From assembly GCF_009834535.1 (NCBI RefSeq), contig NC_045707.1, forward strand, positions 19,592,001-19,656,000: a stretch of 64,000 bases of DNA, given 5' to 3'. Position 1 is the first letter of the stretch. Each line of letters opens with the position of its first letter. Shown here in pieces: positions 12,741 through 24,950 of this stretch. The stretch comes from Camelus ferus (lineage: Eukaryota). The notes beneath the pieces were generated by a model, which was not told the origin of the DNA, searched no databases, and was given only the letters and a program-made list of their open reading frames with translations. A program made the translations under genes and the position numbers.

Positions 12741-13029
12741 GGAGAAGTGTTTTACAATGAAGTTTGTTTAGAAAAGGCAAGTGATGTATTCTGTTTTACT
12801 TGATAATAAATATTTGTAAATAATTCGTGCTGTCAACTGTTGACATGTCATTTGATAGGTTAGAAACTTGTCTTTCAAGCATTTTTGACCACAATATATG
12901 GTAAGATACACAGTTTATATTGCAGTCCAGTATACATGCACACACACACACACATACTTACATATATCTGAAACAAAAGTTTCAATAAAATACTAACCCT
13001 TAGATGCCCTGCTCTCTGATGTTTTCTAT

Positions 13030-13110
13030 AGAATCTATAAAAATACTGAATCTCTATGCTGTACACCTGAAACTAATATAATATTGTAAGTCAACTATAG
13101 TTCAATTTTA
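13030..13110 (+). mobile_element. Short L1 3' end
   Basis: ctatgctgtacacctgaaactaatataatattgtaagtcaactatagttcaatt is a typical laurasiatherian L1 terminus. Confidence 0.75.
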
Positions 13111-13954
13111 AGATAAATACTAATATCACCAAATTGATTTTATAGTCTACTAAACAGTCATAACCTGCATTTGAAAAAAATATTTAATTTTGGGGGAATC
13201 TTTAAATAATATAGTCCAAATAAAACATAGTTTTTTCCATGATATTTTTTAAATGTATGCTATTCTTTTAGTTTATACATTCAAATAGATTTTTTCATAG
13301 CACACTTGTTCCCTTAGTAGCAGTGAAATCATGAACTTAGGGTATCCATTTTTCCTAAGAATTTTTCCCTTATTACTAACTGAAATTTTACACAGTTTAA
13401 TTGTCTACTTAAAGCTTTTTTTCCTGGATAAATTGAAAACCCATAAGGGTTTCTGTATCCATTTGCCAAAGCAGTTGAGGGCTCTGTTCTATTGCCGTGA
13501 TGAAATTTATGCTTAATCTACAAAGGACAGCTCCTGTATTAAACACTCCTTTTCTACATCTTTCCCATGTCTTTCTCGGTTTGCTTATGTCGTGTCATTT
13601 TCACTGAGTGTCCAATTTGGCACTCAATAAAAAGAGCACTTTGACACATACCGAATTTACTAAATGAAAAAAATGTTCTGTACACACTGAAGAATATTAT
13701 TCTTTATCTTTATATTTCAACCGGAGATGGGTCTGACTGAAACACTCAGACTCTTTGTTATCAAGTCACTGATGTTCTCATCAGCTCTGTAAGTATTAAA
13801 TACATTTGCCAATCTGACTTCCATCCTTAGTTTCTAATAATTTTTCTCTTAAATCTGGACTTCCACCGATTTTGGTATGGCTTCTGAACAAACCACTCCA
13901 CTGAAACTACACTTGACAATTTTTTTTTGTTTCTAAATGTTTACTATAAAAACA

Positions 13955-14370
13955 GTTTTTTTTTAAATAGAAGTTTAGTTGATTTACAATGTTGTGTTAG
14001 TTTCTGGTGTACAGCATAGTGACCCAGTTTATATATATATATTTTATATTCTTTTTTAACAGACTTCATTCTTTTAGAGAAGTTTCAGGTTCACAACAGA
14101 ATTGAGCAGAAAATACAGAGTTTGCACACAGCCCTCCTCACCCACGCATATATACTCCCCTACCCTCAACATCCCGCATCAGTGTGGCATGTTTGGTACA
14201 ATCGATGAACCAATATGGGCACATTATTATCAACCAAATTCTGTAGTTTACATTAGGGATTCACTCTTGATGTTGTACATTCTATGGGTTTTAACAAAAG
14301 CTAATGACATGTAGCCACCACTATAGTCTCATACAGAATAATTTCATTCTTCTTCATAATAGGTTATTAG
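13955..14370 (-). mobile_element. Composite L1: cetartiodactyl-type L1 3' tail interrupted by an L1MB-like 3' fragment (~14056-14346)
   Basis: PolyT + gttgatttacaatgttgtgttagtttctggtgtacagc...tattcttttt, then an L1MB-like block (ggttcacaacagaattgagcagaaaatacagag...gatgaacc...), then the tail resumes with cataataggttatt. Confidence 0.65.
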
Positions 14371-17300
14371 CACTTGGCAGTTTCAGTTGAAACTTGGCTG
14401 TTATTTCTTTAAGTTTCAATGGCACTTTTTCTTGCATCTGGCACTGTCAATCACTCCTTCTACTTATGTTGTTCTAGACACACTACTGTGCAATATCCAC
14501 ACTCCTGGGACTGGTTTGGCCCTTCTGGTTTCTCCTGTACAGGTATCTCCTCCCCTCCTCATCTTTATGACATAGACATTGCTCACACTGAACTCTCTTC
14601 TCTGCTTACCTATGTGTTCTTCCTGGAAATTGATTAAATCGCATAACTTCAATTTATCATTTAAAATTTGATCATTTTTCAATATTGCATCTTTGACATG
14701 ATCTCTTTAAATGTTAAACATCTTCACCTGGCAATTTCACACTCCCTCTAAGTGAACACGTTCATAACGGACTGCCTCCCCAGGCGCATCTCTGTTAGCC
14801 CCTTGCTCGGCTCCTTGTTCTCTACTAAAACCAAAAGCCAGCATGGATTGTCCTACATCTACAACTGAGATCAAGCTATCATTTTCTTAGTGTAACCCTA
14901 TCTTGAGACTCTACTGACACTGCAGGTACTTACACTTACATTTGCTGTTGCCCTGACTCAAACACAGGGGAGTTTTGTTAGTTAGTTACTTAGTGAGTGA
15001 GTTAGTTTTGTAATATTGGAGTTATGAAGAGTGGCTCTAAAACACAGAATAGAGAGAGTCAGGTATTGTCACCCCATGTGGACGACCTGTCTGTAAAGTA
15101 TTTTCATCTAACCTTTTGTGTTTTCCCCTCCTCCTGACTCCATCATTATTCTGACCTACATCTGGGATCTACTGACTTCTTCCTTTGTTTTCTGTTTAGA
15201 CTCTTCAGAGGAGTCTCCAAATCTTCCCAACAGCAGTTAAGACCTTTACGTGTTTTCTCACACTCCGCTTAAAGAGGATTTTTTAAAAAATTATTGGGAG
15301 CAGGATTTTCATCTCATTTAATGTAAGAACTACAGAACCAAAGGAATCTGAGATATAGAATTCTAGATCATATTTACCCCCAGACTTTTATATTGCTTAA
15401 TATATGGACTCAATTTTAAAACTACTCTGACACCTCTTACTTTTGCCATATCCCTGACTCTAAATCCAGGGATTCTTGTTGGCTTTTATATTTTGTGGAG
15501 GAAATGATCTAAGGGGCTCTTCAATTACACTACAACCAGCACATATATAAAACCTGCCTTAAGGCCAAAAGGTGTCTGTGTTCAGCAGAGAAATAGCTTT
15601 CCTTTTATGATTTCTATGCCTTCTTCCTCAATACACCTGTCACAAACATATTAACATCAGAAATCAAGGACTCTGAAGTTCTAGATTTGGACCAAACATC
15701 TGCTCTGTGGCTGTTCCTCAACCAACACCAAGCAAACACACTGACATCTGCTGAAATGATTTGACTCTCCAATTTTTGCTCAAGGCCATCGATACATTTT
15801 TTTAAAAACATAACTTCTTTTAGAAATTCCAATTAACTGGCTGGGTGAAGGTGTCACTTACATGCTTTAAAATATCCCTTTCCTGCAGAAGTGGGAGATT
15901 CTCACGTGCCCATTTCCCACAATAAATCTCCCAGAGTTTACAGGCCCCATTAAGGAGATGGAGCCTGTTTTAAAACATGTCTGGGGATGAGCTGGGGGCT
16001 CTCCCAAGTATGTGAGCATCCCACAAGTCACAATAAATTAAACAAATATAAACAATAGATTAAATCATTAGAATAATTGCATAGAATAACAGACTCAAAA
16101 TATAGAAGAGGATTATATATACTGCCCACCTGCCTCTCTTTTCTTCAGTCTTGAGACATCCAGTGGGTGCCTTACACAACTCCAGAAACTTCAGACCCTT
16201 TCCTTGCTCCTAATAGCTTGAAAAATAAATTGACCTTATTGTTTGACTGAGATCTGTTTACTCCTCTTGCTTTTAGAGAACTAAACATTTTAAAAAGTGC
16301 AAGGATCTTAATTATATCAGCAGATAATTTCCAATTCATTGAAGTCCTTCCTTCCACCTATTTTTAGGTTGCCTGATATTTATTAATGCACAAGCCCAGC
16401 CTTATCAGTATCCTCAGTCAATTCACAATTATGAACTCTGGTTTCTGGTGATCAAAATTCAATTAACTATGCATAGCTCTCTAATTTTGGTAAAACGTAT
16501 CAAACTCTTTCTAAGAGATAATAATTTTCTAAGTCTGTCAAAGGCCACAAACATATTGGTTTCTGCTGGCTATTTATCCCTGAGCATCCAAAGGATTAGG
16601 AGGAAGATGGTTATGTTTGCATAGGCTTGTATGTGGACTCCTGGTAACTCCTACTCATGGACCCAATCTCACCTCACAGGCAGCTCTGGGATGGCTCCCA
16701 TTTGTCTAATCCTTCCATTTCTAACTTGTGGCCAAGACTTTCCTATCAAGGCATCTGTGTTACTTTGAAAGGTAATTACTACTCTGAGGTCTGGAGGAAA
16801 ATCAGGAACTCTCTCCAGTTCGGATACATGATATTTGAACCTTCCCAGACAAAAAGAGAATTTCTGACAGTAACAAGACTGATGTTTGTTTTATGTAGCT
16901 AACACGAAATCAAGTGAGTAAACATGAGTCCTGGGTGAACTGGGTTTTTAAGTCACTTATGAATCTTTTGGGTCATCTTTTGGCAAAGATCCTGAAACAC
17001 GCAGCGGTGGGGACAATGTCCTCAGAGAACTGAAGAGTCCACAGTGACATTCACACAGGACTTTTACATACAATAAAAATAAAGTGATAAAGAGCAAGCC
17101 TAAATTTTCCCCCTCGTGTTTAATAACGTCTATAGCTGCCAATAGTGGCTAACAGAATACAATTACTCCTTGCTTCTTCTGAATCATTTTTACCTTAAGT
17201 AAGTGCAATTTATTATAAATTAGACACAAATTTTTGTTTGTGGTTACTCTCAGTATATATTTTTTGTATTTGTTTATACTTTCTCATTTTTCATAATTTT

Positions 17301-18269
17301 AGTAAATTACATATAACATAAAACCTCCCATCTCAACCACCCTGAAAGTACAGTTCAGTAGTATTAAGTACATTCCTACTGATGTATATTTCCCATACTA
17401 CTTTAACACACGTATTTAATACTTTTTTCTTATAACATCTAGGAATAATTGATATCTAGACCCTCATTCCCAATAGCACAAGGCACTCAGCCTGATTTTT
17501 TTCCTTCTTCCTCTTGTTTTGGGCTATTTTAAGGATACTATTGACTCGTGTCTTATGTTGAGATGGTAATTTTTTTGTTATTAATACTTATTTTAGATTT
17601 AAGAATAAGTGTTACTCATATTTGTAACCACCCTGCTCTTGTCATCCTAAAAATATTTTCCTCTCTTGGGTTAACATATTTTTTTTCTTGCTAGAGGATA
17701 TCATTTAGTAATTCTGTTAGTTACAATAAAAGTGAAACTTTTTGATTTCTTTCACTTCTTAAATTGTATTAATTTGGTCTCATACTGAATGGCTCCTTTC
17801 CCACGTATGTAATTTTCTATTAGAAATAATTTTCCAAGAGCAATTTCATCTTCTTTAACTATGAATTCCAAAGAAGAACCTATTTTTATATATTGATACA
17901 TTCATACAATATACTACATTGATAGATATTCATTCCTAGGAAGTGTTTAGGATTTTTGGTATTTATTTATACTTTTCTTTATTTGCTATTATGTATTTAG
18001 TCATTTCCATTTTTTTTCTCTTGATTTTCACTTGGTTATTAAAGTCTCATTGACCACCAGGGCATTTTTTTCTGTATAATTTCATCTAATTTTTTTCCAC
18101 TTATTCTTTCTTTATACATGGATATTAAAAATTGTGGATCCACCTTTAATGGATCAACTTTTATTATTTATTATATTTTCTTTTTTCTATACTCTCTCTC
18201 TCTTGCATCCAGAAAAGTTACTTGTAACAGAGGATTGGATCAAGTAGGGGAGTAGGAAGACACAGAACT

Positions 18270-19450
18270 CAACATCCCCATGAATACAACAAAAAATACA
18301 CCTGCATGTGGTACAGTCTCACTTGAAGACCAACAGAGACTGGCAGAAAGACTCCTACACAAACAAGGCTGTAAGAAAGAGCCTCACAAAATTAGACAGG
18401 AAGGGAAGAGAAGTGATCAGGTTGGGAGTGTGCCCCTGGGAAGGGACTCGGAGGATAGGCGAGATTACAAGGTCAGAAGCCCATCCTGGGGAGTGAGATG
18501 TTCCAGCTACATACTGGGCACTTCAGCACTGGGGTCCGACACAGAGAAGAGAAGCCCCGTTGGTTGGCTGGAGAGCTGGTGGTGATACAGGAAAATGGGG
18601 TGCAAAAGGATGGCAAGGTTCCAGGTCCCAGGAGAGTCCCTGGGAAGCACCCCATCAATTGAGGGTTCTTGGCTTCATGCAAGAAAGAATTCAAGAGCAA
18701 GCAGGAGTTGAGCAAAGGGAGATTTGCTCAGAGAGATACATTCTCCACAGGCCGAGTGCAGGCCGTCTGAGAGACCAGAAAGGCCACGAGGCGAGCGGGT
18801 GGTTAAAGCAGAGGGGCTTAGGAGATACACACCCCATAGTTAGGGAGCAGGCCTTCTTACTCAGAAGAGAGAGCAGCCATGAGGTGCCAGGTTGTTGCTT
18901 TTTAGGGGCTCAGTAACTTCAGGTGCTAACATGTGGGAAGACTGTGCCAGCTACTTTGGGGAATGGGCTGGAATTCCCAGGAACTGGGCCATTACCCACT
19001 TTTTCACCTTTTATGGTCAACCTGGAAACTGTCCTGACACCTGCGGGAGTACCATTTAGCATGCTCTCTTACTTTAATGAGTGTATACTGAAGTTCAAGA
19101 TCTACTGGGAGTTGAATCTTCCACCATCTTGGTGCTAACTGCTGTGTCATTCTTTCAATGCTTGTGCCCTGCCCCCTTCCGTCCTGTCTCAGTGGGACTA
19201 GCAGAGGGCTGTGGGAAGCCTGGACTCTGCTTGTGGGGAGTGCACAACGCTTGCTTGCTCCCAAGGCAGAGCAGAGAGGGTGGACTGAGAACATACTGGA
19301 GGCCGGCAGGCGCCCTGGCCTGAGGCCAGCAAACTCTCCAGCCATCCTTGCTTCACAAGTGGAACCAGGGCTGCCACGACCAAGAAAAGTGCTTGACCAT
19401 TAGACACAGAGGTAGCCTAGACCCCAAATGGCATCTGAGCAGGGAAGGGA
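18270..19450 (+). mobile_element. L1 5' UTR fragment (cetartiodactyl type), interrupted by a solo LTR
   Basis: The flanks join as ...ggagagctggtgg/gactagcagagggctgtgggaagcctggactc..., characteristic of artiodactyl L1 5' UTRs. Confidence 0.65.
18583..19191 (-). mobile_element. Solo LTR (609 bp) with 4-bp TSD
   Basis: Terminal inverted repeat tgatacagga...tcctgtctca (9/10 match) and a perfect TSD gtgg at 18579-18582 and 19192-19195. Orientation is inferred. Confidence 0.85.
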
Positions 19451-19529
19451 CAGTCACTACTGGCACTTAATACAGGCGGTCCTGATCTCTGATGTTGGCC
19501 AGACCACCAGAGCCCACAGCCCAGCACAT

Positions 19530-19860
19530 AGACACATATACACCTGAAAGAAAAATCTACAAAATATTAAAAGAAATGAAATGGATAGGGATATCATTTT
19601 AATGGATCGAAACATCCAGTACTCTAAAGTGTGAATTATTTCCAAACTGATCCATTGATTTCAAACCAACGCCATCAAAATCTTAGCAAATTATTTCCTT
19701 GTAAATTGGCAATCTGATTCTAAAAGTTATAGGGAAATACAGAGGACCGACACTAAAAAGACCCTCCTGAAAAAGAAGAAAATCTCACTGGCAATAGCAT
19801 AGAAAAAGAGATCAATGGCATAGAACAGGAAGTGCAGAAAGAGACCCCTGTAAGTGTGCC
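19530..19860 (+). mobile_element. Old L1 ORF2 fragment
   Basis: Degenerate ORF2 words (ccaaactgatccattgatttc...gattctaaaagttatagggaaa...gatcaatggcatagaacaggaagtgcagaaagagaccc). Confidence 0.6.
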
Positions 19861-21296
19861 GCTGCCTCCATTTCTCCAAGCCTGTCTCTGGATCCCTGCT
19901 TCCTTTCAACTCTCCTTTCCTACCTCAGTCCCTATTTCCCTCTGCCCAGGAAAAGCTCCAGTACTGCTGCTTTTGAGGGCCTGCCCTCCTGTCTCAATAA
20001 CTGACCCACATGTATAAAAGATCTGCAGGCATTTCCACTGGGAGTGTGACGGCTGCGATGCTATGAGGGTGTATGGAACTTTACTGTTCACCCTGGATGT
20101 GGAGGAGGCTACGAGCCAGCACAGGCAGTTATCTGCACGTGGGATTCTATGACTCCAGCCCAGACTGATCACTTCTCCAATACTGAGCTTCACGAAAAGC
20201 TGGCACTGCTGAGCACTGGGGGAGGGCAGGAGCCATCTCTGGACTTAAGCTCAAATGGCGTCTCCTGAGCATAATACACCCAGACCCTGCATTCTGGATA
20301 AACAGTGACACCTTTGGGCTTAGCAAGGTCCCTGCATGCTTTGAGTATGAAATCACAATGATTAGTCCATATATGAATACTAATTACTTCTACCTTAAAA
20401 GAGGACCAGTGGATGAACTGTATGATCAATAAATTGAAATAAATATTAATTCTCCTAATCAGCAAGACATTTTAAGACTAATAAACAGATATCTGGGGAA
20501 GGCTGACGATCACAAATGTGTCCTGCAACAAAAATCATCAGATGACCGTCAGCCATTAGACTATGTACAACACATACGGTGAGAGTCACAGTCATTTTAT
20601 CACCTGATTTTTTCCTCTGCAACTGTTGCATTTCTCGTCTCTGTGGACACTGTCCCACAGGTGCTGGTTAATTTTTCTCCTTTTTCCTTCTTTTTTCTAT
20701 CAGAGTTAATTGTACTATAGATTCATTAGTGGTTTCAATAGGGTTACCAAGGACATTTTTATTTGCTCACTTGATTTTCCCCTGTGCACTCAAGCTGACA
20801 TAACCAATAAAGCACACGGCATTTCTAGTAATAAAAATTTATACAGTAACCCATTTCTTTGCACAGAGAGCTCAGCCCATCTTCACTTTCACAGCCAGGG
20901 CGAGCTGCTCGCATTTATTTGCCATTGCTTGTCCATTCTTTCAGTCACAGAATTCAGGAAAGTATTAATAATAGTTTAATGAGACATGGGAACTCTCATC
21001 AGGTCCCACTCTAGACATAGTGATGATTAGAGCAAAGGTGCTGTTCTCCAGGTCACTACACACGACCTTGCATTTGCAGACACCCTGACCTGGAAGAGCA
21101 TGCGGGGCTTAAATGTAGGTCACAGTTAACTCAAAATTATAGCCACTAGCACCCCGGTTTCTCAGACCCAAGAAGGTAATTTATGTTAAATTTCTGGAAA
21201 AGTGATGGAGAGCCACCAAAAAGTAAGTATGAAATGTTTGTCATTTATGTGCTAAGAGGTTTGAAAACTGGAACCATGGAAGTTGTGGGAAAGCAG

Positions 21297-21306
21297 TCCC
21301 TGGGGA
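21297..21306. promoter_or_regulatory. Olf/EBF (O/E)-type site
   Basis: Perfect TCCCTGGGGA about 2.4 kb upstream of the OR at 23670. A related TCCCAAGGGGA lies at 22643-22653. O/E sites are typical of OR promoters; function here is inferred. Confidence 0.35.
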
Positions 21307-23669
21307 AAGGCAGTGAGTTTAGATCTTTCTGCTGGAAAATCTGAATCTAAGAAGTACCTTCATGTTCAAGATTAAAGATTAAAGTAATGTAATTGTCTTT
21401 AAAGACAAAATCATAAATAACAATTCTCCATAATTTTAAGTGATTCTTGATAGCAGGAAGTGAAACAGTCATAGCCTAAAACTCCAGTATTAAATACAGT
21501 GTCCTTGTACTGCTGATGTTCTTCTTCAAGTAATCATTCAAACGACCATGTGGAGATATTTACCAATCCCATTCCAGCCTTTTCCTCTGTGTTGAGGACA
21601 CAAGATAATGTATTTTTATGGTACGTGGTGGTGCACCATCCAGTGGTATTAACTGGAGTCAGTGCACTGGGCAGCAGGAAGGCAGCGGCTGAGGCAGGTG
21701 GAAGAAGCTGAGAACAGCTGCGGCATTAACTGTGAAGATGCCTGGCTGTCAGGAAACCATCCTGTCTTAGCCTCGGGGAGCAATCTCCCCATCAGCGCCC
21801 ATTATTTAAAGGTTGCTGACACTCAGGCAAACCTTTTATCCCAGGAGAGTAGGTAAGCAGACTTTTCCTATGAAGTTGTCTATAAATGCTGTCACACTGT
21901 GGCAGCTCTCCTCAATAGAAAAGACATGATGCCGTCCCTGAGCCCAGAGGGAAACAGCGCATAAGGTATTTTGTGGGCAATATCTTACAACATCACATAA
22001 AAATCACACTGCAGAAGAACTGGTATCTCCAGGGGAGATTTTATCTAGTCATTCACTGAAGTAACCCAGATGCCCTGGAGATACTGTTTGCAGCTAGGAA
22101 ACATTTGAAAAGCTAACATTTTAATGAACTTGTGATTACTAGAATTGACAAAGTCGATGAGCAATTGACCCATATCCTAAAATGTCAGCTTTCCTAGAAA
22201 CACTTAAGCTTTGGATCCAGTTTGAACTGGCTCAAATTCCAGCTCTGATATGTCTGAGGAGTTCAGTGTTGCCCTCAGCAATGGGAGGGATGAGTGAATG
22301 GACAGGAAATGTGAGAAATGAAAAAGCGCTCGAGGCCATCCTGGAAGGTGGTGAAACAATGGCTCCTTTGACAGGATCCTCGAGAGAAGCAACACAGGGA
22401 GGCGACCTTCTAGGGAAACTCATAAGGATGGACTGTGATTTTTCAGTTGGTAAGATCATTCACACATGAATAGCCAACTTTATTTACCCTCTATGTCATG
22501 TTTGGTCCTTGTTAATATTCATGCCTGAAAATACCAGTTGTTTCGAGGAATAAGCTCAGATTCTGAGTCTCTCCTTGGGCCAGACTGCTAAGTACAAAGA
22601 GTGCCCTTGAGCACTGACAGTGACCACCATGATCAGTGACATTCCCAAGGGGAGGGTGTATCTTCAGAAAAGGAAATCAAGGCAAAGCAGGCAGCTCTTT
22701 CCCCAAGAAGTATTCTCCATCCTCTGCATCATGGAGGACACAGAGTTTATGTTATTAAGGGAGCCGGAACATAGCCTCAGGACACCTGGGAGCTGAAATA
22801 TCTGTGCATAGATAACTGCAGAAGCCCACTAAGGATCAGGGAAGCCTAAAAACAGGATTCTGTTTCCGGGGGAAAACCATCAAAACACCCCATTTGTCAG
22901 TGTTCTAGGAAGGTTTAGGATGAGTGGGACATTAGACAGGCAATCAACGTTGAAACAGTAATTCAAGAAAGGAAAGAAAACAGAGCATGTCAACTGATAC
23001 ACAGGAGAGACCCAAACTCGAATATTTCAGCATAATATCTACCATGAAAGGGGCACAAAGAAGAAATTCTGGAGGTGGATGGATGGACATGAGGACATGT
23101 CACGGTAACTCTGTGGTATTGCCCCCAGGTCATCCAAATAGTAAAGGAGGGATTAAGAAATTATTTGAATGGAACAAGTGATACAAAGCATGGGAGATAG
23201 TTCAGCTGAGCCACTGGTGAAATTTTACTGTCATAAGGGAGGAGAATGATTTTTGTGTTGTACTAGCCAATGGGGAAATACAATTTTTATACACTTTTTC
23301 CATTAACCAACATTTAGGATCTCCTACTCTTCACTGAGGACAGGGGATACCAGGATGGCTGCCAAAATCTCAGGCAACTGTGAGATTGACCTTAAAACTG
23401 GTTCTGTACCTGGAGTGAAAATGAAACTTCAGATGAATATTCTTCATGAACCACATTCTGAGGACCAAGGTAAAACAGAGTCCAGGGAAGGATGACGCAA
23501 TCACTTTTCTACGTCTTGATTACTGTTGAGTGAAAGCTTTAAAATGTGCTTCTACTGGCTTGCTTGGCTGCTTTATATACCTTATTGAAATACTATTTTT
23601 ATATTCCATTCCTTAGATTCAGACTTAATGATTTATTCATACAAACTTATTATACATGTGAAAACAGTG

Positions 23670-24605
23670 ATGAAAAATCATTCTGCAATAACAACATTCA
23701 TCTTACTGGGATTAACAGATGACCCACGACTACAGGTTTTGCTTTCGGTATTTCTGTTTCTCACCTACATGTTCGCTGTTGCTGGAAATCTAATTATCAT
23801 CCTCACCCTGGTGGACTCTCACCTTAAAACACCTATGTACATTCTTCCTTCGGAATTTCTCCACCTTACAAATAATGTTTACAACTGTCTGTGTTCCCCG
23901 ATTCCTGTACAGCATGACAACTGGGGACAAAAGTGTGACCTATAATGCTTGTGTCATCCAATTATTTTTTGTCATCCTCATCGGGGCAACAGAATTTTTT
24001 CTTCTAACCGCCATGTCCTACGACCGCTACGTGGCCATTCTGCAAGCCCCTGCACTACACCACCATCATGAATGAAAGGGTTTGCACTGTTCTTCTCCTT
24101 TGCTGTTGGCTGATTGGGTTACTTGTCATACTCCCACCGCTCAGCCTGGGAGTTCAGCTGGATTTCTGTAACTCCAATCTCATTGACCATTTTGGTTGTG
24201 ATGCATCGCCCCTTCTAAAGATTGTGTGCTCAGACACTCAGTTTGTAGAGCAACTTGTTTTAATCATGGCTGTGCTGACCCTCATACTCACACTAGTCTG
24301 TGTAATTGTGTCCTACACCTACATCATTAAGACTATTTTAACACTCCTTCAGCTCAGCAAAAAAAAAAAAGGCTTTCTCCACCTGTTCCTCCCACATGAT
24401 TGTAGTTTCCATCACCTATGGAAGTTGCATCTTTATCTATATCAAACCAGCAAAGGAAGGAGTGGCCATTAATAAGGTGGTGTCACTGCTCAACACTTCA
24501 GTTATTCCTCTGATGAACCCTTTCATTTATACCCTACGGAATAAGCAAGTCAAACAAGCCTTCAGGGACTCAATTAAAAAGATACCATTTTTTTCAAAAA
24601 ATTAA
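23670..24605 (+). pseudogene. Olfactory receptor pseudogene, OR6C2-like
   Basis: [18 protein letters not shown] start. Frameshifts: +1 at atgtacAttc (~23841), +1 at gccattctgc (~24037-24040), -1 at ~24345 and an expanded A12 run (24359-24370). One codon also appears lost near GNLIII. OR motifs are split across ORFs 23628-23945, 23875-24075, 24068-24472 and 24396-24605. Confidence 0.95.
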
Positions 24606-24688
24606 AAAACTAAAAAGATTTTACAAATTAAAAATATATATATATATTTCATCTTTTACTATGTGTTCTAATTCAAAACAACAATACA

Positions 24689-24855
24689 GGAGGGAGGTTA
24701 TAGCTTAAGTGGTAGAGCACATGCTTAGTTAGCATGCACAAGTTCCTGGGTTCAATCCCCAGTACCTTCTCTAAAAATAAAGAAAGAAATAAACCTAATT
24801 ACCCTCCTGAGCAAAACTAAATAAATAAATGACTCTTTAAAATATTTTTTTAAAA
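24689..24855 (+). mobile_element. tRNA-derived SINE (camelid vic-1-like)
   Basis: A box (tagcttaagtggtag), B box (gggttcaatccc), AT-rich tail with aaacctaattacc, and a 9-bp TSD aacaataca (24680-24688 / 24856-24864). Confidence 0.9.
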
Positions 24856-24950
24856 AACAATACAATACTAACATTACAGTTTGATTAACCACCAAAGTTT
24901 CTTTTCATATATTATTCTGACAACCATGGACTGAAGAAAGCACTGTGGTC

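Noticed and set aside
18280-19407. Dense set of 60-118 aa ORFs on both strands
   Set aside because: Fully explained by an L1 5' UTR and a nested LTR.
24689-24770. tRNA-like sequences (also 52037 and 54600-54672)
   Set aside because: These are SINE heads with AT-rich tails and TSDs and no complete cloverleaf, so not tRNA genes.
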